From the NCBI RefSeq assembly GCF_036387615.1, contig NZ_DASVTH010000032.1:7491-71490 (forward strand): a stretch of DNA of 64,000 nucleotides. Direction: 5' to 3'. The position numbers and the translations under genes were made by a program. Shown here one piece after another: positions 30,031 through 39,786 of this stretch; the first letter of the stretch is position 1; each line of letters starts with the position of its first letter. The notes under the pieces were generated by a model. The model saw only the letters and a program-made list of their open reading frames with translations, had not been told where the DNA came from and made no database searches. The DNA is from Allosphingosinicella sp. GTDB lineage: Bacteria > Pseudomonadota > Alphaproteobacteria > Sphingomonadales > Sphingomonadaceae.

Positions 30031-30654
30031 ATGATCACCGTCCACCATCTCGAGAATTCCCGCTCACAACGCGTGCTGTGGCTGCTCGAGGAACTCGGTC
30101 TTCCCTACCGGGTCCGGCGCTACGAGCGCGATCCCAAGACCATGCTGGCGCCGCGCTCGCTTCGCGATATCCACCCGCTCGGCAAGGCTCCCGTGATCGA
30201 TCATGATGGCCTGGTAATCGCCGAGACCGGCGCGATCATCGAATATCTGGTCGAGCAAGCTGGCGGCCGTCTCGGCCCGCCCGCCATTCGCGAATCGGTG
30301 CTGCGCTACCGGCACTTCGTGCATTACGCCGAAGGCTCGATGATGCCGCCGCTGCTCGCGATGCTCGTCATCGGCCGCCTCGGGCTGCTCGGTCGCCCGG
30401 CCCACGCCCCGCTCCAGCGCATGTTCGACGTCCATCTGGACTGGCTGGAAGGCGAGCTTGGGACCCGGCCATGGTTTGCCGGCGAGGACTTCACGGCCGC
30501 CGATGTGATGATGAGCTTTCCGCTGGAAGCCGCTCGCGCCCGCGCCGGCCTTGACGAGCGCCGCCCCAACCTCACCGACTGGCTCGAACGCATCCACGCC
30601 CGCCCGGCCTATGGGGAAGCGCTGTCGAAGGGCGGCCCCTACGCTTACGCGTAG
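30031..30654 (+). CDS. Glutathione S-transferase
   Basis: SRSQRVLWLLEEL, HPLGKAP, ETGAI, FTAAD. Confidence 0.92.
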   Translation: MITVHHLENSRSQRVLWLLEELGLPYRVRRYERDPKTMLAPRSLRDIHPLGKAPVIDHDGLVIAETGAIIEYLVEQAGGRLGPPAIRESVLRYRHFVHYAEGSMMPPLLAMLVIGRLGLLGRPAHAPLQRMFDVHLDWLEGELGTRPWFAGEDFTAADVMMSFPLEAARARAGLDERRPNLTDWLERIHARPAYGEALSKGGPYAYA

Positions 30655-31971
30655 CTAGAAGGGCTCATTCCCCCGTACAGGCGGGGCCACATGCGCCGGA
30701 GCGTGCGGCGGCTCGATGTCCACCGGCTCCGGCGGGTCGAGCTGGCCTTCCCATTTGGCCACCACAACGCTCGCAACGGCATTGCCGACTACATTGGTTG
30801 CAGAGCGGCCCATGTCGAGGAAGTGATCCACCGCTAGGATAAGCAACAGGCCCGCCTCTGGTATATTGAACTGCGCCAGCGTCGCCGTGATGACCACAAG
30901 GCTGGCCCGCGGGACGCCGGCCACGCCCTTCGACGTGATCATCAGCGTCAGCAGCATCAGGATCTGCGTGCCGAGGCTGAGATCGATGCCATAAGCCTGG
31001 GCGACGAAGATCGTCGCGAAGGTCATGTACATCATCGATCCGTCGAGATTAAAGGAATAACCGAGCGGCAGCACGAAGCTGGCGATCCGCGGCGGCACGC
31101 CGAACCGGTCGAGTGCCTCCAGCGTCCTGGGATAGGCAGCCTCCGAGGAAGCAGTAGAGAAAGCGAGCACGATTGGATCGCGGATGTAGCGTACGAGCAC
31201 CCGCGTGCGGCTTCCCACGATCACGAAGCAAATGCCGATCAGCAGCGCCCACAGGATCGCCAGGCCGATATAGAAGCTGCCCATGAAATAGCCGAACGTG
31301 CCGAGGATCCCGAGCCCCCGCTGCGCGATGGTTGCGGTGACGGCGGCGAACACCGCGATGGGCGCGAAGCGCATCACATAATCGGTGATCTGCAGCATCA
31401 CCTTCACCAGCGCCTCGGTGGCGCGCACCAGCGGCCGTGCAGGCTCTCCCACCGCCAGGATCGCGACGCCGACGAACAGCGAGAAGACGACGATCTGCAG
31501 GATGTCGTTCTCGGCCATCGCCCCGATCATCGATTCCGGGAAGATGTGGGCGATGAACTTGGCGAAATCGAACGCCGATCGATCGACCCCGACGGTCGCG
31601 TCCACGGGTGGAAGTGGAAGGCCGAGCCCGACGCCGGGCTGGAAGACGGTGACAAGCAGCAGGCCCAGGCTGAGCGAAACCAAGCTTGCGCAGATGAACC
31701 AGCCAACCGCTTTTGCGCCAACGCGACCGAGCGCCGCGGAATCCCCCATGTGCGCGATCCCGACCACCAGGGTCGAGAAGACCAACGGTGCGATGATCAT
31801 CTTGATGAGGTGGAGGAAGATCGTCGTCAGGATCGAGATGTAGCCGGCAATCGTCTTGAGCTGCGCCTCGCCCGCCGGGGTTCCGTCGCTGATGCTGACG
31901 TTCAGGATCCAGCCGACCAGGACGCCGAGCACAAGGCCTGCGATGATGTAGTAGGTCAGGCGTTTGGCCAC
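30655..31971 (-). CDS. Dicarboxylate/amino acid:cation symporter (DctA/GltP family)
   Basis: FSTASSEA, GYSFNLDGS, TSKGVAGVP, DMGRS. Confidence 0.93.
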   Translation of the reverse strand: MAKRLTYYIIAGLVLGVLVGWILNVSISDGTPAGEAQLKTIAGYISILTTIFLHLIKMIIAPLVFSTLVVGIAHMGDSAALGRVGAKAVGWFICASLVSLSLGLLLVTVFQPGVGLGLPLPPVDATVGVDRSAFDFAKFIAHIFPESMIGAMAENDILQIVVFSLFVGVAILAVGEPARPLVRATEALVKVMLQITDYVMRFAPIAVFAAVTATIAQRGLGILGTFGYFMGSFYIGLAILWALLIGICFVIVGSRTRVLVRYIRDPIVLAFSTASSEAAYPRTLEALDRFGVPPRIASFVLPLGYSFNLDGSMMYMTFATIFVAQAYGIDLSLGTQILMLLTLMITSKGVAGVPRASLVVITATLAQFNIPEAGLLLILAVDHFLDMGRSATNVVGNAVASVVVAKWEGQLDPPEPVDIEPPHAPAHVAPPVRGNEPF

Positions 31972-32124
31972 ATGCAGCTCCTTCCAGGCGAGCCGACTAG
32001 GAAGGCGATTGCGCGGCCCGGGTCAAGTGCGCCGCGTGCTCCCGGCCGTCATAGCGAGGAGGCGTCCAGAGCCTCGGACGTCCAACTGGTGTGCTTCGCC
32101 GCGTTCGCAATAGCGCCAGGGGCA

Positions 32125-34152
32125 TCACGCCGGCTCAAGCACCTTGTGCGCCACCTCGTCGGCCAGCTTGCCGTTCAGTTCGGCCATGTGGTCGAATTGG
32201 GCATGGTAGCTGGCAAGGCCCTGGCTCAGCGAACGCAGCTCCGCTTCCAGCCCCTGCAACTCAGCCTCGGGCAGCAGCGCCTCGATCTTGTCCCAGCGTG
32301 ACCAGCCCTCGCGGGGGCCCATGCCCAGCATCTGCCCGCGCCGGCTCGACACCGCGGAAGTGATCCGCGACGTCGCCACGCCAGGCGCATAGATCGTCAC
32401 CCGGTGCACCGGTTCCAGCAGGTGGGGGGACGCAGCGGACAGTGCCTCGCTCATCGCGATCCGCCCGGCGGTGCGGAACGCGAGTTCGGAGCTGTCGACG
32501 GTATGGTAGCTGCCGTCCGTCAGCGTGACCGCCACGTCCACCACCGGAAAGCCGAGCGGTCCCTTGGCGAGCGCATCGCGAACGCCCGCCTCGACCGCGG
32601 GGATATACTGGCGCGGCACCGCTCCGCCCGTGATCTTCTCGTCGAAGGCGAATCCGTCGCCGCGTCCCTGTGGACGGACTTCGATGACGACATCGCCGAA
32701 CTGGCCGTGGCCGCCGGACTGCTTCTTGTGCCGCCCGCGCTGGGTGACAGGTTTGCGGATCGACTCCATATATCCGATCGTGGGCTGCCGCGAGTCGACC
32801 GCAACGCCATAGCGGCGCTTCAGCCGCGCAATGGTCACGTTCAAATGCTCGTTGCTGACCCCGCGGATGCGGGTCTCGTGCAGCGCCTCGTCCTGCTCCC
32901 AGCCAAGCGTCGGGTCCTCCTCGACCAGCTTGTGGAGCGCAGTTGACAGCCGGACGTCGTCCTTGCGGTCGCGCGTCGTGATCGCCAGCGCATAATTGGT
33001 GGCGGGCATGTCGACGCTGACCGTTGGGGCAGTGTTCGCGCCGGAGCTGAGCCACTCCCCGGCGCGCACCCCTTCGGCCTTCGCGACCGCGACCACGTCG
33101 CCACGCTCAGCCTTGCCGAGCTTGGCCGTCTTTTCGCCCTGGACTGAAAAGAGCGTGCCGATCCGAACCGCATTGCCGTCCGGCCCGCTGAGCTCTGCGC
33201 CTTCCTTCAGCGTCCCGCCGAACACACGCGCGAGCGCCAGCCGGCCCATCGCTCCTCCATGCGATATCTTGAACACGAAGGCGCAGCTGTCGCTGGCGCC
33301 GAGCCGCTCCGCCGTCGCCTGGGGGGCTGGCGCCTCGTGTCGGAGCGCCTTCATCAGCCGCCGAACGCCAAAGCCGTTCAGCGCCGAGCCGAACAGGACG
33401 GGGACCCCGAGATTTTCCCGGGTCTCGCGCGCAAGATCGGCGAGCACGGTCGGGAGGGCGGGTGTCTCGTCCATCAGCAACTGTTCGAGCAACTGGTCGT
33501 CGTGATCGGCCAATTGCTCGAGCATGTGGAAACGAGCGGAACGCTCCCTGTCGATCAGTTCCGGCGGGATCTCCATTCGTTCGGAAGGCTTGCCGGCGCG
33601 GTAATGAAAGGCGCGCTCGAGCGCCAAGTCGACGAAGCCGGTGATCTTCTCGCCTTCGCGGATCGGGATCTGCCGCGCGATCAGCGGCGAAGCGCTCATT
33701 GGCTGCAGCGCTTCGAGCAGTTCCTGGATCGAGCCGCGAGCCTGATCGATCTTGTTGACGAAGATGGCGTGCGGAATGCCAAGCGCTTCAAGCTGCCGCA
33801 GCACGGGCTCGGCGAGCAGCGCGCGGTCCGGTTCGGGATCGACAACCACGATGGCGATGTCGGCAGCGGCGATGCCAAGCGCCGCGTCGGCCGAGAAACC
33901 GATCGAGCCCGGGCAATCGAGCAGAGCATAGCGATCGCCCAGGAACTCAAAATGCGAGAGGTTGAGTTCGGTAGAGCCGTGCCGAGCGCGCGCTTCCGGG
34001 CTGGAGTCGCCGACGCAATTACCGGCATCGACGCTGCCCTGTCGGTCGATACTTCCAGCTGCGAACAACAAGCTTTCGGCGAGCGTCGTTTTGCCAGCCC
34101 CGCCCGGGCCGACAAGCGCGACCAATCGGGTGCCAACCTTTGTCTCCGGCAT
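32125..34152 (-). CDS. Elongation factor G-like paralog (EF-G2 type)
   Basis: GAGKT, DCPG, NKID, KKQSGGHGQF, DGSYHTVDSS; divergent G1/G2. Confidence 0.9.
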   Translation of the reverse strand: MPETKVGTRLVALVGPGGAGKTTLAESLLFAAGSIDRQGSVDAGNCVGDSSPEARARHGSTELNLSHFEFLGDRYALLDCPGSIGFSADAALGIAAADIAIVVVDPEPDRALLAEPVLRQLEALGIPHAIFVNKIDQARGSIQELLEALQPMSASPLIARQIPIREGEKITGFVDLALERAFHYRAGKPSERMEIPPELIDRERSARFHMLEQLADHDDQLLEQLLMDETPALPTVLADLARETRENLGVPVLFGSALNGFGVRRLMKALRHEAPAPQATAERLGASDSCAFVFKISHGGAMGRLALARVFGGTLKEGAELSGPDGNAVRIGTLFSVQGEKTAKLGKAERGDVVAVAKAEGVRAGEWLSSGANTAPTVSVDMPATNYALAITTRDRKDDVRLSTALHKLVEEDPTLGWEQDEALHETRIRGVSNEHLNVTIARLKRRYGVAVDSRQPTIGYMESIRKPVTQRGRHKKQSGGHGQFGDVVIEVRPQGRGDGFAFDEKITGGAVPRQYIPAVEAGVRDALAKGPLGFPVVDVAVTLTDGSYHTVDSSELAFRTAGRIAMSEALSAASPHLLEPVHRVTIYAPGVATSRITSAVSSRRGQMLGMGPREGWSRWDKIEALLPEAELQGLEAELRSLSQGLASYHAQFDHMAELNGKLADEVAHKVLEPA

Positions 34153-34367
34153 GCCTCTCTCCCAAGTTCCGCGCACGGATCGCCAGGAGCGCGCCCGCGC
34201 CTTGCGACACCCTTCTCCGATCCGGGCCCGGACGCAAGGGGGTGCGAGGGCAGGGGCGGCGTTAACCGTCTTTGCGAAATCGGACCCGGAACGAGCGCGC
34301 CGCTGCTCCGTTTAATGTGGGTCGGGCCGCTGTGCCCGGCAGCACCTTGTTCAGGCGAGTATCTGCC

Positions 34368-34844
34368 ATGGTCCCACGTGCAACCCTCCCAGCCCTGGCC
34401 GCCCTGGCGCTCGCCGGCACCGGCACCGGCATCTATTTGGGCAAGGCCGCAGTCGCCGAGATCAACCCAATCTACTACAGCGAGCCGGAAGCACGCTTCC
34501 ACAGCGATCTGGCGCCCTATCGGGCGACCGAGGCGTCCGGCTACCAGGCCGGCGATCTCAGCGTTGCGAACCTGAACCAGGCACTTGGCAGCGGCTGCAT
34601 TGGATGCCGGACCTATCCCGAGGAGGTGATCCTCGTCCATCGCGGACGGGCGGACAAGTATGTCCCGGGCGGGGCGGACGTCAGCGTCGAACCTGTCGCG
34701 GCAGTGCAGGTGGAGCAGGCGCACTCTCCGGAGTTTGCAGCCGTTGAGCGCTATGCGACTTATCCGATCACGCAAGAGGCCGAGATCGCGCCCGAAGCGC
34801 CGGTCGAGATCGAACTCGCGGCGGCAGAAACGGAAACGGAGTAG
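34368..34844 (+). CDS. Hypothetical exported protein with CxxC
   Basis: N-terminal hydrophobic segment, CIGC, acidic tail. Confidence 0.6.
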   Translation: MVPRATLPALAALALAGTGTGIYLGKAAVAEINPIYYSEPEARFHSDLAPYRATEASGYQAGDLSVANLNQALGSGCIGCRTYPEEVILVHRGRADKYVPGGADVSVEPVAAVQVEQAHSPEFAAVERYATYPITQEAEIAPEAPVEIELAAAETETE

Positions 34845-34918
34845 GGGGCCCCGGTGGGAAGGTCATTGGCAGCGAATGTGTGCTGCAAGTGATCGGGTTG
34901 GGCGGCTAAGGAGCTTCC

Positions 34919-35764
34919 ATGAGCTTCTCCCTGCCCGGCTTCGATCTCGACGCCTTCATACGCGCCACCCTTGCCGAGGATCTGGGCGAAGCGGGTGACA
35001 TCACTTCCGCCGCAGTTATCCCCCCGCAGGTCTTGTTTCGGGGCGTCATGGCGAGCCGCGACTCGATCGTGGTGGCCGGGCTGCCGATCGCGGAATGCTT
35101 CTTCCGAGCGCTCGACCCCGGCGTCATTCTGGACCGCATTGTCGAGGACGGCGCCTATGTGCCCGCCGGCACAGACCTGCTGCGGATCGAGGGCAGGGCT
35201 CGCGCGCTGCTGACGGCCGAGCGGTCCGCGCTGAACACGCTCCAGCACCTGTCCGGCGTCGCGACACTGACGCGGGCTTATGCCGACGCGATCGCCGGCA
35301 CGGGCGCGATCCTGCTCGACACCCGCAAGACCATCCCGGGGCTTCGCATCCTGGACAAATATGCGACGAGGATGGGCGGCGCGAGCAACCATCGCATGGG
35401 TTTGTGGGATGCCGCGATGATCAAGGACAATCATGTCGCGGTGGCCGGCAGCGTCGAGGAGGCAGTCCGCCGCGCGGTAACAGTTGGCATCGACCGGATC
35501 ATTGTGGAGGTGGATCGGATCGAGCAGATCGAGCCCGCAATCTCGGCCGGCGCGACGCATCTGCTGCTGGACAACATGAATCCAGAAACACTGCGCGTGG
35601 CGGTCAGACTCGTCGGCGGTCGGGTGCCAACGGAGGCCAGCGGCGGGGTGACGCTGGAGACCATCCGCGCAAAAGCAGAAACCGGTGTCACCTACATCTC
35701 TGTCGGTCGTCTCACGCAATCGGCCCCGGCCGCGGATATCGGTCTGGACTTCGTCACCCGCTGA
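34919..35764 (+). CDS. nadC: Nicotinate-nucleotide diphosphorylase (carboxylating)
   Basis: AEDLG..GDITS, DTRKTIPG, IKDNH, LLLDN, EASGG. Confidence 0.96.
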   Translation: MSFSLPGFDLDAFIRATLAEDLGEAGDITSAAVIPPQVLFRGVMASRDSIVVAGLPIAECFFRALDPGVILDRIVEDGAYVPAGTDLLRIEGRARALLTAERSALNTLQHLSGVATLTRAYADAIAGTGAILLDTRKTIPGLRILDKYATRMGGASNHRMGLWDAAMIKDNHVAVAGSVEEAVRRAVTVGIDRIIVEVDRIEQIEPAISAGATHLLLDNMNPETLRVAVRLVGGRVPTEASGGVTLETIRAKAETGVTYISVGRLTQSAPAADIGLDFVTR

Positions 35765-35829
35765 AAATTCGGTTTGCGGAGTGGTGAGGGCGCGATAGTG
35801 TCCCCTCAGCCCCGGGGAGGAATCTGCAC

Positions 35830-36255
35830 ATGCGCCCAAAGTCGATTGTCCTGTTCGAGCGTCTTGTTCTGCTGTCGATCCTCCTTGGCATCATCAATAC
35901 TGTTCTGATCTGGGATCAGCTGAACTCCCAGGTGGCGCAAGCCGGGATGGGTGCAGGCACGGTGTTGGGTATCCAGGCGGTCACGATCGCGCTGTTCCTG
36001 CTGTTGATCTGGTTCATCAGCCGGAAGGGCAGCCCGGTCGCTAAATGGATCTACGTCGTTCTCGGGGGGATCGGCCTGATCTCCAGCCTGGTGGGAATCG
36101 GCCAGGCATTCGAGATGGGCACCATCTCCGGCGCGATCTCGATCGTCAGCATCCTGCTTACCCTCCTGACGATCTGGCTGCTGTTCAGGCCCGACGCAAA
36201 GGCGTGGTTCGCCGACGGACGCAGCGCTTCGCCCGATCCCGACGTGTTTCGCTAA
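35830..36255 (+). CDS. Four-TM membrane protein
   Basis: Four hydrophobic segments, GGAGG RBS. Confidence 0.75.
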   Translation: MRPKSIVLFERLVLLSILLGIINTVLIWDQLNSQVAQAGMGAGTVLGIQAVTIALFLLLIWFISRKGSPVAKWIYVVLGGIGLISSLVGIGQAFEMGTISGAISIVSILLTLLTIWLLFRPDAKAWFADGRSASPDPDVFR

Positions 36256-36257
36256 GC

Positions 36258-36695
36258 CTATCGGCGCGCAGTCACCTCGCCCTCGATGACGCGCGTTTCG
36301 GGATGGTGCTTGTCGAGATAGCGCTTGAGGATCCGGAGATTGCGACTGTTCGATCGGAACACGAAATCAAACAGGTCGCCGACCAGCGGGATCGCGCCTA
36401 ACGCCGCGTCCATTCCGACATTCCCGGCCATGCGCGCCAGCTGAAACTTGGACATACCCAGGTTGCGCGCCTCCCAGACCAGCCAGGCGCCCATTGAGGC
36501 CGTCACCACGTCGCCGACCACCGGGATGAGGCCGAGAATCGAATCCAGGCCGACCGGACGATTGATGCCCGGGATAACGAACAGACGCTCGAGAAGCTTT
36601 TCCACCGCTTCCAGCCGCCGCCGTACCGAAGCCGGATCGCGTCCCAAGGGGAGTTGGGTGGCTAGCTCGTCCAGCCGGTGCTGAGAATCTTGCAT
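36258..36695 (-). CDS. DUF4112 domain protein
   Basis: GLDSILGLIPVVGD, GAIPLVGDLFD, N.RN. Confidence 0.88.
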   Translation of the reverse strand: MQDSQHRLDELATQLPLGRDPASVRRRLEAVEKLLERLFVIPGINRPVGLDSILGLIPVVGDVVTASMGAWLVWEARNLGMSKFQLARMAGNVGMDAALGAIPLVGDLFDFVFRSNSRNLRILKRYLDKHHPETRVIEGEVTARR

Positions 36696-36735
36696 TGGCC
36701 CAACATAGGAAGGCGAGCGACCGTTGCGAGTGGGA

Positions 36736-38187
36736 TCAGCGCCTCGGCGCCACCAGCGAGCCTATGAAGTGAATTGCGAACGGATTGGGCTGGAACCCCG
36801 TCAGGCGCGGCGAGACCAGCGACCAGCGGACCGGGGCGGCCAGGGGAATGAAAGGCACCGCGTCAGTCAGCAGGCGATCGGCGCTAGCCAAAGCGTCCCG
36901 GCGCTCGCCGAACGAACGTGCATTCCGGGCCGTTTCCAACGCGGCATCCGCCTCCGCGCTGCAGACCATGCTCGCCTGGCAGGTGAAATGGCGCAGGTAC
37001 CAGCTGGCGAGGCTTGCCGGGGCGACCTCGTCCAGGAAGACGAGATCGGCGCGGTCCGCCGGGCCCACCTGTTCGGCATCCACGCCGACCGCGCGCCAAT
37101 CCCGGCGCAGATAGGCGAAGATCAGCCGAGCGCCGGGACCATCGGGCATCCTCACGCGAAGCTTGGGCGGATCGTCACCGTCGATGCGACCGGCGAGGAT
37201 TGCCCGCGCAGCAGCCCGGCGCGCGGGCAGGGGGTCCCCAGCCCAGGCTGGCAGCGCGGGAGTCGGTTGCTCCTCCACTCCTGTAGGCAGCAGGCTTGTG
37301 CGGGGCGCCAGGTTCGGCACGGCAAGGGCTCCCACCAGGGCGTCGCGATCGAGCGCCATGCTCAGGGCTCCGCGCACGTCCGCATCGGCGACCAGACCAG
37401 TTCGGCTGGCGATCGCCAGCCCGAACAGGCCCGCGGCCGGATCAAATCGCAAAGCAGCGGCCGGCGCTCCGGAAACCCTGGCGATCGGCAGGCCGGCGGC
37501 CGTTCCGCCGGTCACGAGCCCGGCACCCCCGGCACGAAAGCGTGCGACGGCAAGTGCAGCCGGCTCTCCCCTCAGCTGAATTTCCGGCGCTTCCGCCCGG
37601 TCCTCCGCTTCATCAGCCGGCCTTGGGCGCAAGATGAGCGCGCCCTCGGGGCCGGCTTCGGCCGTGAACGGACCTGTGCCCTGCCCCGCGCGGATGATCC
37701 CCATTTCGGGCTGGGCGAGCAATTGCAGGAAATTGGGCCGCGGCGAGCGCAACCGGATCTCGATCACGGTGTCGGTCATGGCGACGATCTCCGCGATCGC
37801 GCCCATCACCGGTTTCAGGCGGTTGCGGCTCGCCCGGCTCGCCGCGGCCCGGAGGCGGACGGCGACCTGCTCGGCGGTGACAGTCGAACCGTTCGGCCAG
37901 GTCGTGCGCGCAATACGGAAGATGTAGCTGGTGCCATCGTCCGTTACCGTCCAGCTCTGCGCCAGGGCCGGCTCGATCTGGCCGGCGGCATCGAAACGGA
38001 CCATCCCTTGCGCAACGGCGCTTGTGAGCATGGCCGAGGGCGCATCGAGCGCGGTCCGGTTCGGGTTCGCCAGAACCGGCGCCGTCCCGATCGCGCTGAC
38101 AATGATCGGGCCGCTCTCGCCCTGCCGGCAGCTGGCGAGCATCAGGGCTGCCGCGCCTGTCGCAATAAAGCCTGCTCGAATCACCAT
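36736..38187 (-). CDS. ABC transporter family-5 substrate-binding lipoprotein
   Basis: Lipobox MLASC, IEPALAQSW..DDG.SYIFR. Confidence 0.82.
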   Translation of the reverse strand: MVIRAGFIATGAAALMLASCRQGESGPIIVSAIGTAPVLANPNRTALDAPSAMLTSAVAQGMVRFDAAGQIEPALAQSWTVTDDGTSYIFRIARTTWPNGSTVTAEQVAVRLRAAASRASRNRLKPVMGAIAEIVAMTDTVIEIRLRSPRPNFLQLLAQPEMGIIRAGQGTGPFTAEAGPEGALILRPRPADEAEDRAEAPEIQLRGEPAALAVARFRAGGAGLVTGGTAAGLPIARVSGAPAAALRFDPAAGLFGLAIASRTGLVADADVRGALSMALDRDALVGALAVPNLAPRTSLLPTGVEEQPTPALPAWAGDPLPARRAAARAILAGRIDGDDPPKLRVRMPDGPGARLIFAYLRRDWRAVGVDAEQVGPADRADLVFLDEVAPASLASWYLRHFTCQASMVCSAEADAALETARNARSFGERRDALASADRLLTDAVPFIPLAAPVRWSLVSPRLTGFQPNPFAIHFIGSLVAPRR

Positions 38188-38224
38188 CCAACTGTCGCAT
38201 AAATCAGGCTGCGGCGGCGCGCCA

Positions 38225-38240
38225 TTCACCGCTTTTTAAC
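38225..38240 (+). promoter_or_regulatory. CtrA-like binding site upstream of the PilZ gene
   Basis: TTCA-CCGCTTT-TTAAC, one mismatch to TTAA-N7-TTAA. Confidence 0.4.
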
Positions 38241-38279
38241 TGTGCCGCCCGTAGCTGGGCGAAATCATTGGGACACCTC

Positions 38280-38606
38280 ATGATGCCCGCCCAGGAAAGC
38301 TCCCACTTCGTTGAACGCCGGTCCGAGCGTCGACAGGTCGACTCGGCCGCGGAGCTGCGCCATCAATGGTACAGCGTGGAAGTGAAGGTATGCGACGTTT
38401 CGCAATGCGGCTTCATGGCCGAGTGCGGGGACGCGGTCGCGATCGGCAGCCATGTCACGCTGGACGTTCCAGGTATCGGCCCTGTCCGGGCGCAAGTGCG
38501 ATGGCAGCTTGGCGGCAAGATGGGCGGCAGGTTCCTCGATCCGATCCGGTTGACCGAGTGCGAATGGACTGCGGTGAAAGCGGAATGCCCGGAGCTTCTG
38601 GCCTGA
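38280..38606 (+). CDS. PilZ domain protein
   Basis: RRSERR (RxxxR) and DVSQCG (DxSxxG) motifs. Confidence 0.88.
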   Translation: MMPAQESSHFVERRSERRQVDSAAELRHQWYSVEVKVCDVSQCGFMAECGDAVAIGSHVTLDVPGIGPVRAQVRWQLGGKMGGRFLDPIRLTECEWTAVKAECPELLA

Positions 38607-38610
38607 AGGC

Positions 38611-38664
38611 TGGTGCGGACGGCGGGACTCGAACCCGCACGCCCCGGGGGCAGAAGATTCTAAG
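38611..38664 (-). pseudogene. Orphan 3' half of tRNA-Leu (anticodon loop to CCA); left att junction of the island
   Basis: Minus strand CTTAGAATCTTCTGCCCCCGGGGCGTGCGGGTTCGAGTCCCGCCGTCCGCACCA, with no 5' half adjacent. Confidence 0.9.
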
Positions 38665-38849
38665 CTTGGGGCTTTGGGGTAAGGTCGTTCCCGACGGCGA
38701 CCTGTCTTCGCGCGAAAAAGCACTCGATCAGCCACTTAGGCTTACTCGGCCGGTTGCGCTCCTACTCTGCTGGCGTCTGGAACAAGCCGCGGGACTAGCG
38801 GTCGCGGCTCCCGGCGATCCTATTTAGAGGGGCCGGGAAGGAGGACACG

Positions 38850-39114
38850 GTGCGCGTCAAGCTGACCAAATCGGCGGTCGATGCGGCCGCCGGCCGCGAC
38901 CGAGTACGAGCTGAGACACGGTAACGCCCGGCTTCATGGTGCGTGTGCAGCCAAGCGGGCGCAAGACTTTCATGCTGGCGTTCAGGACCGAAGCCGGCGT
39001 GCGGCGCAAAGTCAAGCCCATCCTTGGCGGCCTCAAGCTTCGAGACGTAACCCGCCCGAGCGGGTGGCGGCGCTCAGGGGCGCCATGCTTCGGGGGAAGG
39101 TACGGATCAGCTAA
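38850..39114 (+). pseudogene. Tyrosine integrase remnant (arm-binding DUF4102-like N-terminus plus internal fragments)
   Basis: AAGGAGG RBS, GTG; VKLTKSAVDA..EYELR..PGFMVRVQPSGRKTFML..RRK, then PILGGLKLRDVTR; frameshifts and large deletions. Confidence 0.78.
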
Positions 39115-39243
39115 CTCCCGCGGACGTGGCCGGCGATCCATTCGACGAGGTTGTGCAGGTGCCGCCGGTCACTCCGGACTCCGTGACAAGCCTTTCCTCC
39201 TACGCCGTTGAAAAGATATGACGGGTGAGTCAAAACCCAAGGC

Positions 39244-39786
39244 ATGGGGAGCGTCGAAGGGGATTGCTGCGGGCCCGACCAGATGGAGCGGGTTCTCGAG
39301 TGCTGTTACGACGACATGCGCAGGCTGGCGCGCCGGATGGTGGCCGGCGACTCGCTCCGGATCGTGTTTCAGCCTACGGACCTTGCCAACGAAGCGGTAT
39401 TGCGGCTTTTGCAATCCGCCCCGGTCGCGGTCCAAGATCGAGGTCACCTGCTTGCGCTCGCGGCCCGAACGATTCGGCGCGTGCTGATCGACGAGGCGCG
39501 CCGGCAGGCACGGATCAAGCGAAGACGACCTGAACTGCTAACCCGCTTGCCCGGCGCGCCGCCGACCGCCCTGATCAGCGTGGAGGATTTCGATGCTGCC
39601 TTGGCGGCGCTGGAGCGCTTCTCGCCCGAGCATGCCCGAGTAGTCGAGCTGCGCTTCACCTTCGGACTGACGGTCGAGGAGGCCGCGGCCACGCTTGGCG
39701 TTGCCGAACGCACGGTGAAGCGGCGCTGGCAGGCGGCGCGGGCCTGGCTGCAGGACCATATCGGCAACGCCCATGAGCCAGGCTGA
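39244..39786 (+). CDS. ECF sigma factor of the kinase-associated type (ECF43/EcfK-like)
   Basis: FQPTDLANEAVLRL, RRVLIDEAR, VVELRFTFGLTVEE, VKRRWQAARAWL; overlaps the kinase gene. Confidence 0.88.
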   Translation: MGSVEGDCCGPDQMERVLECCYDDMRRLARRMVAGDSLRIVFQPTDLANEAVLRLLQSAPVAVQDRGHLLALAARTIRRVLIDEARRQARIKRRRPELLTRLPGAPPTALISVEDFDAALAALERFSPEHARVVELRFTFGLTVEEAAATLGVAERTVKRRWQAARAWLQDHIGNAHEPG

